Of a stretch of 25,132 nt of DNA, positions 16,108 through 25,132 are shown piece by piece. Source of the DNA: a virus (Duplodnaviria; Caudoviricetes). How positions within the stretch are numbered: position 1 is the first letter of the stretch; every line of letters starts with the position of its first letter. The stretch lies in IMG/VR virus record IMGVR_UViG_3300031951_001123, positions 1 to 25,132 of that record, one strand, 5' to 3'. The notes under the pieces were generated by a model. That model was not told the DNA's origin. It did no database searches and worked only from the letters and a program-made list of their open reading frames with translations. Made by a program: the position numbers and the translations under genes.

Positions 16108-19080
16108 ATGACCCAACAAGAATTCGAAGAGTTAATGGAGAAGATGCGCGAGGAGTACGAAAAGCTCGGCGCGGTCTCAAACAAAACTGCCAACAATCTG
16201 CTTAAATTGCAGAAAGAAGCAGAACTTACTCCAAAAGAAATAGCAGCAAATCGCAAGGCTCTAAGAGAACACAGCGAGGAAGTTGAAAAAGCCATGGCTC
16301 GATTGGAAGCCGGTGGCCGTCTATTTGACATCTTTGAAAAGGCCATTACCAGTAACACTGCTGCCATGTACGAAGGCAAGCAGGGCGCGGCTGTGTTCAA
16401 TGAATCTATTCGCGCCATGGCCGATGCTCTGAATCTGATTATTTTGTTAATTCCAGGTCTGGGTATAGCAGCCAAAGTAGCTGCTACTGCTATCAATTTA
16501 ATGAGTAAGAGTGCCGAAGCTGCAATGAAGCAGAGTGATGCACTTTACAAAAGTTATCAAGGTCTAGCCGCCAGTGGCGCTGCTGCTTCTGATGGCATGC
16601 AGGGCATATTCAGAGACATGCAGAAGTTTGGCATGGGCATCGAAGAGCTAGATCAATTTGTAGAATTAATCAATAATAACAGCAAGACACTAGCACAGTT
16701 TGCTGGTACAGTAGGACAAGGTCGTAACGCATTAGCTGACATCAGCAAAGGTATTGTACGTTCTCAGCTAGGTCGCAATCTAGAATTGATGGGCTTCAGC
16801 ATAAAAGACATCAATGAAGGCATTGCTGGTTACGTAGCTCTACAGACACAGATTGGTCGCGCTCAAAAGATGAGCAACGAGCAGCTAAGTCAAAGTGCCG
16901 CTGCATATCTAAAAGAAATGGATGCCTTGTCCAAGGTCACTGGTATACAGCGCAAGGACATGGAAGCAGAAATGGATCGTGCTCGCAGTGAGCAAAGATT
17001 CCGTGCCAAGTTAGATGAAATGCGAGCCAGCGGCGACAAACGTCAGATAGCCGCTGCCGATCAACTAGAACGTGCCAATGCTGTATTGGCCAAACAAGCA
17101 CCGCAGTTAGCACAAGGCTTTCGAGATGCCAGTGCAGGGTATATCAGCAGTGAAGCTGCACAAAAATTCTATCTGTCAACTCAAGGTAAAGGCACTCAGA
17201 CACTATCGCAGTTGACCGCAGGTAACATTCAAGCGACTCAGGCCTTACAACAAGTATATCAAGCAGCAGGGCAAACAGCGGAAAACTTTAGACCACTGGC
17301 CAAAGCCGGTGCTATGGATGCTATTGGTGACTATGCTGAACTTAGCAACCTGGGTGTAAGAGCGCAGACTGATTTGAATCAAGCAGTCAAAGACGCTGAA
17401 AAGCAGATCAACGGGCAGGTTAAAGCTACAGATCCATTAGTTGAAGCGCAAGTAGATCTAAGACGTGAACAACGTGCAGCTAGAGACTCACTACAGAGCT
17501 TTATACAAAAAGGTGTACTGCCAGCTACACAGGCAGCATTGGCACTGGCCAAAGCACAAAACGCTGCGGCCAAAGCCTTAGACGATGCAGCTGGTGCTGA
17601 AGGTAATCTATTAGACAAGGCTGCTGCTGGATTAGAAAGTGCAGTCACAAGCCTAGCGCCAGGGCTAGCGTCTACCATGAACAAACTGGGCGAAAAGCTA
17701 GGTATGGCTCCTTCACCTGGTCAGAAACAGGCCGCTGAAGGCAAACCAGCAGCCCCGCCTAGCCCGGGCATGGGCGGACGTGGCAGTGGTGCACCTCCGG
17801 CACCGCTTGGACCAGGCAAGCAGACCAGCACACAGCAGCTCAAAGACATGGGGCTGATACTGAAACAAGGTGATGTACAGGCCGACGGTTCGGTCATACA
17901 AAATAAAACACTTGAGCTGGCTAAACGTGTACAAGAAGGTGTAAAAGGTTTTGCCTACTTTTCTGGTTTCAATGACAAGTTCCATCAAGAAAAAGCACCT
18001 AGCAGCCAACACACGCAGGGCAACGCCTTTGACTTTGTACTGAACTACAGACCTACTCCTGAACAAGGCAAAGAAATTGCCAACTTTATTGGTAGCATGG
18101 GTGCTCGCATGGTCATTGACGAGTACAACAATCCTAGCAGCAAGTCCACGGCACCACACTTTCACGTTCAGGCCATGGCCAAAGGTGGTATCACTGACGG
18201 TATAAGCATAGCCGGTGAAGCCGGACCAGAAGCCGTGGTGCCACTGCCTGATGGTCGTACCATACCTGTAGAAATTACCAACGCCAACTATCAGGCACCC
18301 ACTAGAGATCAACTGCTACGTGCGCACGGCGATCTGATTCAACAGCAATTGGAATTGATTCCTGGGCTTAAACCATCTAGTCAGTATGGCTGGGCTATAG
18401 AAAGTGGATCCATTGCTCACAAGTTGACCATGGCTGTGCAGGAAATGACCAAGAACGGAACAGATCCTAGATATGCTCTGAAGCCAGGTGAAAAACGTGA
18501 TTTCTATGACTTTGTGCGCATGATGTTGACTACGCCCGAGGGCAAGGTGTGGGGCGCAGAAAATTACATTGGAGTTGATGCCAAGGGCATGGACAGTCCT
18601 GAAAGCCAACGACTTCGTGAACAGTACACTAGAATAACCGAAGAGATACGCCTACAAAACATAGCCGCAGCTAACGTGGGCAAAAATGTAGGCGCTGCCT
18701 TGGAAGATCCACTAAGCCGTATGGAGGTGCTGAGCACAGATTACATACGCAGACAGACAGATCGTATAGCCAGCGGCATGGGCGACTTTCAGACTGGCGC
18801 TGGTGGTGGTCCACGTTTGGCAGTGATCAACGAACAGGTGCTGCAAGAATTAAAAAACATCAAAGACGGTCTTGACAAACCTAAAATGGCCGAAGGTGGC
18901 ATCACAGATGGTCCCAGCATAGCCGGCGAAGCTGGTCCAGAAGCTGTAGTGCCATTGAGTGGCGGACGAGTGATTCCGGTAGAAATGGTTGGACTCAAAC
19001 AGAGCCTGGATGATCTAATAGATCTCATGCGTAGACAGAATCAAACTTCGGAAAAGATACTGCAAGTATCTAGGGCTTGA
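16108..19080 (+). CDS. Tape-measure-like tail protein with a peptidase M15-like motif
   Basis: 990 aa Ala/Gln-rich helical protein; SQHTQGNAFD...HFHV (H-x6-D, HxH); two copies of the GG...AGEAGPEAVVPL motif common in tape measure C-termini; next to the chaperone gene. Confidence 0.72.
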   Translation: MTQQEFEELMEKMREEYEKLGAVSNKTANNLLKLQKEAELTPKEIAANRKALREHSEEVEKAMARLEAGGRLFDIFEKAITSNTAAMYEGKQGAAVFNESIRAMADALNLIILLIPGLGIAAKVAATAINLMSKSAEAAMKQSDALYKSYQGLAASGAAASDGMQGIFRDMQKFGMGIEELDQFVELINNNSKTLAQFAGTVGQGRNALADISKGIVRSQLGRNLELMGFSIKDINEGIAGYVALQTQIGRAQKMSNEQLSQSAAAYLKEMDALSKVTGIQRKDMEAEMDRARSEQRFRAKLDEMRASGDKRQIAAADQLERANAVLAKQAPQLAQGFRDASAGYISSEAAQKFYLSTQGKGTQTLSQLTAGNIQATQALQQVYQAAGQTAENFRPLAKAGAMDAIGDYAELSNLGVRAQTDLNQAVKDAEKQINGQVKATDPLVEAQVDLRREQRAARDSLQSFIQKGVLPATQAALALAKAQNAAAKALDDAAGAEGNLLDKAAAGLESAVTSLAPGLASTMNKLGEKLGMAPSPGQKQAAEGKPAAPPSPGMGGRGSGAPPAPLGPGKQTSTQQLKDMGLILKQGDVQADGSVIQNKTLELAKRVQEGVKGFAYFSGFNDKFHQEKAPSSQHTQGNAFDFVLNYRPTPEQGKEIANFIGSMGARMVIDEYNNPSSKSTAPHFHVQAMAKGGITDGISIAGEAGPEAVVPLPDGRTIPVEITNANYQAPTRDQLLRAHGDLIQQQLELIPGLKPSSQYGWAIESGSIAHKLTMAVQEMTKNGTDPRYALKPGEKRDFYDFVRMMLTTPEGKVWGAENYIGVDAKGMDSPESQRLREQYTRITEEIRLQNIAAANVGKNVGAALEDPLSRMEVLSTDYIRRQTDRIASGMGDFQTGAGGGPRLAVINEQVLQELKNIKDGLDKPKMAEGGITDGPSIAGEAGPEAVVPLSGGRVIPVEMVGLKQSLDDLIDLMRRQNQTSEKILQVSRA
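18175..18984 (+). repeat. Internal 33-aa duplication in the tape-measure-like protein (18175-18273 and 18886-18984)
   Basis: MAKGGITDGISIAGEAGPEAVVPLPDGRTIPVE vs MAEGGITDGPSIAGEAGPEAVVPLSGGRVIPVE. Confidence 0.92.
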
Positions 19081-19083
19081 GCT

Positions 19084-19089
19084 TAAATA
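19084..19089 (+). promoter_or_regulatory. Putative late promoter core TAAATA before the portal gene
   Basis: Lies in the short gap between the TMP stop and ATG 19095. Confidence 0.5.
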
Positions 19090-19094
19090 CACTT

Positions 19095-20852
19095 ATGAGC
19101 TGGAAAAAATATTTCAAAGTAGCAGATGGTAGTTTAAGTCCTATTTCGGGCAGAGGTGCTGATGGCCTACCGGGTTATCCCAGAGCCACCGGTGGTGCCG
19201 ACAGTCATGCCAACATGGCCTATCGTAACTATGCTAGCCGTTTACCCGAAGTTTACAGCGGACATCCTAATCGTATTGAACGTTATAATCAGTACGAAAA
19301 CATGGATATGGATTCGGAAATCAATGCCTGTTTGGACATTATCAGCGAGTTTAGCACCCAGTTCAATGAAAATAACACTACTCCGTTTTCGCTAGATTTC
19401 AAAGACAAACCCACGGATAACGAAATCAAAATTCTGGAAACACAGCTAAAACAGTGGGTCAAGCTCAACAAGTTAGACGAGCGTATCTTTAGAATTTTTA
19501 GAAACACAGTCAAGTACGGCGATCAGGTTTTCATACGTGATCCTGAAACTTTTGAGCTGTACTGGGTGGACATGACCAAAGTAATCAAGGTCATTGTCAA
19601 CGAAAGTGAAGGCAAGCGTCCTGAACAGTACGTGATTCGTGACATCAATCCTAACTTTCAAAACCTAGCAATTGCTCCTAAAACTACCAGCGATTATCAG
19701 ATCAATCCGCCTAGCGCAGGCTACGTGGCACCGTTCAACTACACGCTGCCCAATGCACCACCAACAAATACAGGGCGTTTTCAAAATGCCATGAACGAAA
19801 CTGTGATTGATGCCGAACACGTGGTGCATCTGAGCCTGAGCGAAGGGCTAGACGTTTACTGGCCATTTGGGCAGAGTATCTTGGAAATGATCTACAAGGT
19901 ATTCAAGCAGAAAGAGCTGCTGGAAGATGCTATATTGATCTATCGTGTGCAACGTGCGCCTGAGCGTCGCGTGTTCTATATTGATGTGGGCAACATGCCT
20001 AGCCACTTGGCCATGGCTTTTGTTGAGCGTGTGAAAAACGAAATTCATCAGCGTAGAATACCAACTGTGACTGGTGGTGGCACCAACATGATGGACGCCA
20101 GTTATAATCCACTCAGTATCAACGAAGATTACTTTTTCCCACAGACAGCTGAAGGTCGTGGCAGCAAGGTTGAAACACTGCCCGGCGGTGAAAATCTTGG
20201 ACAGATCGACGACCTAAAATATTTCAATAACAAAATGATGCGTGGTCTGCGTGTGCCTAGCAGCTACCTGCCCACTGGTCCAGACGACAGCGATCGTGCC
20301 TTGAACGACGGTCGTGTGGGAAATGCATTGATTCAAGAATACAGATTCAACCAGTACTGTGAACGTTTGCAACGTTTAATTGTGCAAAAATTAGACAGTG
20401 AATTCAAGATGTTCCTGCGTTGGCGCGGGTTTAACATTGATTCAGGACTGTTTGACATAGAATTCAATCCACCGCAGAACTTTGCTGCTTATCGTCAGAC
20501 CGAGTTAGACACTGCCAGAATTGGCAGTTTTACCAGCCTAGAAGCAGTGCCTTATCTAAGTAAACGATTCCTGCTGAAACGCTTCTTGGGCTTGACTGAC
20601 GTAGAAATTGCCGAAAACGAAGAGCTGTGGAACGAAGAAAAAGGCACAGCGCCTGACACTGAACTGGCCGGACAAGATCTGCGTAGTGTAGGCGTCATGC
20701 CCGGTGACATGGAAACTGACATCACTACCGGGCAGGAACTGGCCGCGCCAACAGGCGAATTGCCTGGTGTTGTTCCTGGTGCTCCTGCTCCAGGTACAAT
20801 TGGAACTCCAGCACCTCCGGTACAGCCTGGTGGCACACCGCCCGGAGCATAA
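19095..20852 (+). CDS. gp20: Portal vertex protein
   Basis: LLEDAILIYRVQRAPERRVFYIDVGNMP, EDYFFP, GRGSKVETLPGG, LRVPSS are T4 gp20 family hallmarks. ATG 19095 is preferred to TTG 19077. Confidence 0.95.
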   Translation: MSWKKYFKVADGSLSPISGRGADGLPGYPRATGGADSHANMAYRNYASRLPEVYSGHPNRIERYNQYENMDMDSEINACLDIISEFSTQFNENNTTPFSLDFKDKPTDNEIKILETQLKQWVKLNKLDERIFRIFRNTVKYGDQVFIRDPETFELYWVDMTKVIKVIVNESEGKRPEQYVIRDINPNFQNLAIAPKTTSDYQINPPSAGYVAPFNYTLPNAPPTNTGRFQNAMNETVIDAEHVVHLSLSEGLDVYWPFGQSILEMIYKVFKQKELLEDAILIYRVQRAPERRVFYIDVGNMPSHLAMAFVERVKNEIHQRRIPTVTGGGTNMMDASYNPLSINEDYFFPQTAEGRGSKVETLPGGENLGQIDDLKYFNNKMMRGLRVPSSYLPTGPDDSDRALNDGRVGNALIQEYRFNQYCERLQRLIVQKLDSEFKMFLRWRGFNIDSGLFDIEFNPPQNFAAYRQTELDTARIGSFTSLEAVPYLSKRFLLKRFLGLTDVEIAENEELWNEEKGTAPDTELAGQDLRSVGVMPGDMETDITTGQELAAPTGELPGVVPGAPAPGTIGTPAPPVQPGGTPPGA

Positions 20853-20855
20853 ATA
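20850..20855 (+). promoter_or_regulatory. Putative late promoter core (ATAAATA) overlapping the portal stop codon
   Basis: GCATAAATAC, a few nt before ATG 20863. Confidence 0.5.
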
Positions 20856-20862
20856 CACAACT

Positions 20863-21081
20863 ATGTTGATATTTGAGATGTTTGACACAGAACGAGACGG
20901 TTATCAAGACGTTGCGCAGGACAACTCGCAGCCGCAGTTGCATGACCTGCGCAAAACCAAACTGACCTTGAAACAGATCAATCAACTTAGAAAAATGCAC
21001 GATCTACGCAAGTTTGAATTCAAAGAAAAGCTAGAAAAAGTACAAAATCAATACGGTATGAGTGCAGCTCCTGCACTCTAA
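20863..21081 (+). CDS. Small head-module hypothetical protein (72 aa)
   Basis: MLIFEMFD...LRKTKLTLKQINQLRKM...VQNQYG; the true start is probably 20863 rather than 20704, which lies inside the portal gene. Confidence 0.7.
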   Translation: MLIFEMFDTERDGYQDVAQDNSQPQLHDLRKTKLTLKQINQLRKMHDLRKFEFKEKLEKVQNQYGMSAAPAL

Positions 21082-21148
21082 TACTGCCAAAAATCTGCAA
21101 TTACAGTCAAAAAAACGCCTGTAATACGCCATCTTTTCTCCTCTATAG

Positions 21149-21178
21149 TAAATAAAAGTATGTTTTTTCCCCCGGAGG
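21149..21178 (+). promoter_or_regulatory. Putative late promoter TAAATA and RBS GGAGG
   Basis: TAAATA at 21149-21154; GGAGG at 21174-21178 before ATG 21185. Confidence 0.6.
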
Positions 21179-21184
21179 ATATCT

Positions 21185-22000
21185 ATGAACAAATTTGAAC
21201 AACTCATTGAGTACGTTATCAATGATGAAGAAGATAAAGCTCGTGAACTCTTCCACGAGATTGTAGTCGAAAAAAGCCGTAACATCTATGAAGAATTAAT
21301 GGCCGAGGAAGACCTCGACGAAGCCAAACATGAAGAGGACGACGAAGAAGAAGTCACCGAAGCAGCCGAGGACGATGAAGAAATGACCGAAGGCATGATG
21401 GGTGGCGACCAAAGCGACGACCTTATCGACGAAATCGAAAGTGAAGAAGAAGGCGTATCCATGGAAGCTGATGACGAAATGGATATGGAAATCGACGACG
21501 AAGAAGGACTAGCCGACGAAGGCGACCTAGAAGATCGTGTGGTAGATCTAGAAGATAAACTGGACGAACTCATGGCCGAATTTGAAGCCCTAATGGGCGG
21601 CGAAAGCGACATGGATGACATGGGCGACATGGGCGGCGACGACATGGCAGCTGACATGGACATGGACATGGACGCTGAAGAAATGGACGATGAAGAAATG
21701 GAAATTGCAGAAGCAATTTCGCTAAAAGCTGCACCCAAGCCAACTACCAGTGAAGAAGGCGGCATCAACAAGAAATCTGTTGTAGCTGCTAACAGCGGTC
21801 AAAAAGGCATGGCATCTAGTCCAGTGAAAACCGGTCAAGACGGTGGCGGCAAGCACGACTCTGCTGCATACAAGAATGCTGTAAAAGATCAGATTGGCAA
21901 GGTAGGTAACACTCCTGCACAATCCACTCAGAAATTAACCCCTGCACCTAAGCCAACTTTGAGCCAGGCATCAGGCGTTAACAACAAGAGTACACTGTAA
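21185..22000 (+). CDS. Highly acidic prohead core/scaffold-like protein (positional analogue of T4 gp67/gp68)
   Basis: D/E/M-rich N-terminal two-thirds with a coiled coil LEDRVVDLEDKLDELMAEF and a basic tail; lies between portal and protease. Confidence 0.6.
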   Translation: MNKFEQLIEYVINDEEDKARELFHEIVVEKSRNIYEELMAEEDLDEAKHEEDDEEEVTEAAEDDEEMTEGMMGGDQSDDLIDEIESEEEGVSMEADDEMDMEIDDEEGLADEGDLEDRVVDLEDKLDELMAEFEALMGGESDMDDMGDMGGDDMAADMDMDMDAEEMDDEEMEIAEAISLKAAPKPTTSEEGGINKKSVVAANSGQKGMASSPVKTGQDGGGKHDSAAYKNAVKDQIGKVGNTPAQSTQKLTPAPKPTLSQASGVNNKSTL

Positions 22001-22017
22001 TCTAAGGGCAGATCCAC

Positions 22018-22638
22018 ATGTATCTGAGAGAACATCTTACTTTTAATCAAGCTGGCATTGTTGTCGAAGGTGTCGGCGAAGGTAAGGATCTTTACATGAA
22101 AGGTATCTGCATTCAAGGTGGTGTTAAAAACGCCAACGAACGTGTGTATCCAGTCAAGGAAATTGAGCGTGCCGTAAACACGCTCAATGAACAAATTCAA
22201 TCCGGATACAGCGTTATGGGTGAAGTAGATCACCCTGATGACCTTAAAATTAACCTAGACCGCGTCAGCCATATCATCGTCAATATGTGGATGGATGGCC
22301 CTAACGGTTTTGGTAAACTAAAGATCCTGCCTACACCAATGGGCCAACTGATTAAAACCATGTTGGAGTCTGGTGTAAAGCTAGGAGTGTCTAGTCGAGG
22401 TAGTGGTAATGTTAACGAAGCCGACGGACAAGTAAGTGACTTTGAAATAGTCACTGTAGACATTGTGGCACAGCCAAGCGCACCTAACGCCTATCCCAAG
22501 GCAATCTATGAAGGACTCATGAATATGAAGTACGGTCATAAGGTCTTGGAAATGGCTAAGGAAAACGGTGGTAACCACAAAGTCCAAAGATTCGTGAAAG
22601 AGGAAGTAAAACGCCTCATCAAGGATCTTAAGATCTAG
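22018..22638 (+). CDS. gp21: Prohead protease
   Basis: NANERVYP, GEVDHP, INLDRVSH, LGVSSRGSG, DIVAQPSAP. Confidence 0.95.
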   Translation: MYLREHLTFNQAGIVVEGVGEGKDLYMKGICIQGGVKNANERVYPVKEIERAVNTLNEQIQSGYSVMGEVDHPDDLKINLDRVSHIIVNMWMDGPNGFGKLKILPTPMGQLIKTMLESGVKLGVSSRGSGNVNEADGQVSDFEIVTVDIVAQPSAPNAYPKAIYEGLMNMKYGHKVLEMAKENGGNHKVQRFVKEEVKRLIKDLKI

Positions 22639-22647
22639 GAGAATCGC

Positions 22648-23739
22648 ATGTTAGATGCTATCAAACCATTGCTAAACAGCGATCTCATCAACGAAGAAAC
22701 CCGCCAGGAGATTTCAGAAGCATGGGAAGCCAAGCTGAACGAAACTCGTGAGCAAGTAAGGGCAGAACTTCGTGAAGAGTTCGCACAACGTTACGAGCAT
22801 GATAAAACAGTAATGGTCGAAGCCCTAGACAAGATGGTAACAGAAAGCCTACAATCAGAAGTCGAATCATTGGCCGCTGAAAAACAGGCTCTAGCTGAAG
22901 ATCGTGTCAAGTTTCAACAGCGTATCAAAGAAAGCGCAGAGAAATTTGACAACTTCATGGTTAGCAAACTAGCTGAAGAACTACGCGAACTACGTACTGA
23001 TCGTCGTAATCATCACACAGCAATTGCTAAACTTGAAGAGTTTGTTGTACGAGCACTTGGAAACGAAATCAAAGAGTTCCAACAAGACAAGAAAGACGTT
23101 ATCGCTACCAAGGTACGTCTAATGAGCGAAGCTCGTGCAAAACTGGAAGCACTCAAGGCAAAATTTGTCAAAGAGAGTTCCGACAAACTCAGTCAGGCAG
23201 TTAGCACACATCTTAAGTCTGAGCTTAACCAACTCAAAGAAGACATTCAGATCGCTAAACAAAACAATTTTGGCCGTCGTATCTTTGAAGCATACGCTGC
23301 TGAATTTGGTGCTACCTATCTCAACGAAAGTGCTGAGATCCGTAAACTAAGTCAACTGGTTCAGGATAAAAATGAGCAGTTGAAAAAAGCGATCGACTTG
23401 GCTGAATCTGCAAAGGTTGCAGTCAAGAAGAAAGAACAGGAAATACGTATAATCCGCGAATCCAATGAGCGCCAGGCGCAGTTGGAAGAGCTATTGACAC
23501 CTCTAAATCAAGAAAAGCGTCAAGTTATGCGTGAACTGTTAGAAAGCGTCCAGACTACACGTCTGAAGACTGCTTTCGAAAAGTACCTACCGGCCGTATT
23601 GGAAAACCGTACCACGAAATCGCCTAAAGTGATCAATGAGTCTGTTTCCGCAGTAACCGGTGATAAATCTGCACGGGCTGTTATTGAAGATGATCGCGAA
23701 TCTAACGTGATCGAAATCAAACGCCTTGCAGGGCTTTAA
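22648..23739 (+). CDS. gp22: Prohead core scaffold protein
   Basis: Long coiled-coil protein between gp21 and gp23, matching T4 synteny; RBS AGGAG. Confidence 0.8.
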   Translation: MLDAIKPLLNSDLINEETRQEISEAWEAKLNETREQVRAELREEFAQRYEHDKTVMVEALDKMVTESLQSEVESLAAEKQALAEDRVKFQQRIKESAEKFDNFMVSKLAEELRELRTDRRNHHTAIAKLEEFVVRALGNEIKEFQQDKKDVIATKVRLMSEARAKLEALKAKFVKESSDKLSQAVSTHLKSELNQLKEDIQIAKQNNFGRRIFEAYAAEFGATYLNESAEIRKLSQLVQDKNEQLKKAIDLAESAKVAVKKKEQEIRIIRESNERQAQLEELLTPLNQEKRQVMRELLESVQTTRLKTAFEKYLPAVLENRTTKSPKVINESVSAVTGDKSARAVIEDDRESNVIEIKRLAGL

Positions 23740-23759
23740 TAAATTGTAAGGAGACTTCA

Positions 23760-24953
23760 ATGTCACAAGAACTACTTGAAAATCGGTGGAACGAGACCAA
23801 AGAAGCCCTGTTGGAAGGTCTAAAGGGCTCGCGCCGGTCTACCATGCAGGTCTTGCTTGAAAACACACGTAAGTATCTGGCTGAAACAGCAACCGCTGGT
23901 TCAACTGCACACGGTAACATCGCTTCTTTGAATCGTGTTATCCTGCCAGTTATTCGACGTGTAATGCCAACAGTTATTGCTAACGAGTTAGTAGGTGTTC
24001 AGCCTATGACTGGTCCTGTTGGTCAGATCCACACTCTGCGTGTACGTTATGCAAGCGCACTGAATGATACATCGGCTGCTGCTACCAGCGTTGTTGCTGG
24101 CGAAGAAGCACTGAGCCCATTCAAGATCGCCCAGGCATACTCGTCAGGTGTTGGTACAGCTAACCAAAACTATTACACCGGTGCTAATACCGCTGTGCTA
24201 GAAGGTACTGGCGGACGTCAAATTTCCGTTCAGATCCTGAAGCAGGCTGTTGAAGCTAAGACACGTAAGCTACAGGCTCGCTGGACTTTTGAAGCAGCTC
24301 AAGACGCACAAGCAATGCATGGTATCGACGTAGAAGCCGAAATCATGGCAGCTTTGGCTCAAGAAATCACTGCTGAAATTGACCAAGAAATCCTGTTAAG
24401 CCTGCGTAGCCTAGCAGCAACAGAATTCACTTATAACCAAGCTACCGTTTCAGGTACTGCTACATTCGTTGGTGACGAACACGCTGCTCTAGCTGTTCTG
24501 ATCAACCGTGTTGCTAACCTGATTGCTCAGCGTACACGTCGTGGCGCTGGTAACTGGGCAGTTGTAAGTCCAGCATCTCTGACAGTATTACAGAGTGCAA
24601 CAACTTCGGCTTTCGCACGTACCACAGAAGGCACATTCGAAGCACCAACTAACACCAAGTTTGTTGGTACACTGAATGGCGCAATGCGTGTGTTCTGCGA
24701 CAGCTATGCTAGCGACAGCACCTCGGTGCTCGTTGGTTACAAGGGTTCCAGCGAGGCAGATGCAGCAGCGTTCTACTGCCCATACATCCCGCTGATGAGC
24801 TCTGGTGTTGTGCTGGATCCATCAACATTCGAACCAGTAGTCAGCTTTATGACACGTTATGGTTACATTGAACTGACCAACACTGCATCGTCGTTTGGTA
24901 ACGCCGGTGACTACGTTGGTGAGATCGCTGTATCGAACCTGTCGTTCAGCTAA
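23760..24953 (+). CDS. gp23: Major capsid protein
   Basis: VGVQPMTGPVGQI, VEAKTRKLQARWT, AQDAQAMHGID, FYCPYIPL, FMTRYG motifs. Confidence 0.96.
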   Translation: MSQELLENRWNETKEALLEGLKGSRRSTMQVLLENTRKYLAETATAGSTAHGNIASLNRVILPVIRRVMPTVIANELVGVQPMTGPVGQIHTLRVRYASALNDTSAAATSVVAGEEALSPFKIAQAYSSGVGTANQNYYTGANTAVLEGTGGRQISVQILKQAVEAKTRKLQARWTFEAAQDAQAMHGIDVEAEIMAALAQEITAEIDQEILLSLRSLAATEFTYNQATVSGTATFVGDEHAALAVLINRVANLIAQRTRRGAGNWAVVSPASLTVLQSATTSAFARTTEGTFEAPTNTKFVGTLNGAMRVFCDSYASDSTSVLVGYKGSSEADAAAFYCPYIPLMSSGVVLDPSTFEPVVSFMTRYGYIELTNTASSFGNAGDYVGEIAVSNLSFS

Positions 24954-24979
24954 TCTACTGCGTAGATTGTATGAAAATC

Positions 24980-25005
24980 AAAAAAGCACCTTCGGGTGCT
25001 TTTTT
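24980..25005 (+). terminator. Rho-independent terminator after the major capsid gene (potentially bidirectional)
   Basis: AAAAAAGCACC-TTCG-GGTGCTTTTTT with a C(UUCG)G tetraloop and U-tract. Confidence 0.92.
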
Positions 25006-25078
25006 GTTGGGCAATGTAAATCTAGATAAGTAAACTTGCTCGTGTAGCATTTACACACATACACACAAGGAGGTTATC

Positions 25079-25132
25079 ATGAGCAAAACACCATACGAGA
25101 TCCGTCTCGAACTTCTCAAATTGGCCAAAGAT
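25079..25132 (+). CDS. Start of a small phage protein (MSKTPYEIRLELLKLAKD...), truncated by the window edge
   Basis: Strong RBS AAGGAGG, ATG at 25079, TAAGTA late-type motif at 25027-25032. Confidence 0.7.
   Translation, partial: MSKTPYEIRLELLKLAKD

Noticed and set aside
15921-19028. Several minus-strand ORFs (191, 101, 199, 97 and 79 aa) opposite the tape measure gene
   Set aside because: They overlap a well-supported gene, have no motifs, and are expected from codon bias.
20704-20862. Upstream extension of the small head gene (also the 8722 and 19077 starts of other genes)
   Set aside because: These overlap upstream genes more than necessary; downstream ATGs at 20863, 8758 and 19095 fit coupling or promoter positions better.
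21286-21771. 161 aa Ser-rich antisense ORF
   Set aside because: Mirror of the GAA/GAC/GAT-rich acidic gene; a shadow ORF.
1-25132. Stop-codon reassignment, CRISPR array, integrase or transposase
   Set aside because: Core genes are full length in the standard code and end in TAA, TGA and TAG; no spaced direct repeats or mobile-element genes were seen.

Overview
A 25 kb fragment of a large T4-like (myovirus-type) phage genome in the standard genetic code. From left to right it contains: minus-strand baseplate/tail genes; a gp55 late sigma factor, gp47 and gp46 (Mre11/Rad50-like) block interleaved with two related orphan genes; an accessory enzyme cassette (SDR, radical SAM with an auxiliary-cluster domain, hypothetical, B12-binding radical SAM); a Holliday junction resolvase; and an SGNH hydrolase. 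Next comes a ~420 bp ORF-free, densely base-paired element. A minus-strand operon follows (gp26/gp51-like hub or tail chaperone with a probable -1 frameshift, a Cys-Pro DUF1415/DUF6875-like protein, an aminoacyl-tRNA-protein transferase-like GNAT protein, a DUF6614-like protein). The window ends with a tape-measure-like protein carrying an M15-type peptidase motif and the head module (portal gp20, acidic core protein, protease gp21, scaffold gp22, major capsid gp23). The strongest candidates for undescribed biology are the structured non-coding element (pseudoknotted RNA candidate plus GA-sheared hairpins on both strands), the ATE/Bpt-like three-gene module, the frameshift and the radical SAM cassette. 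All family calls come from motif recognition by eye; no database search was run.
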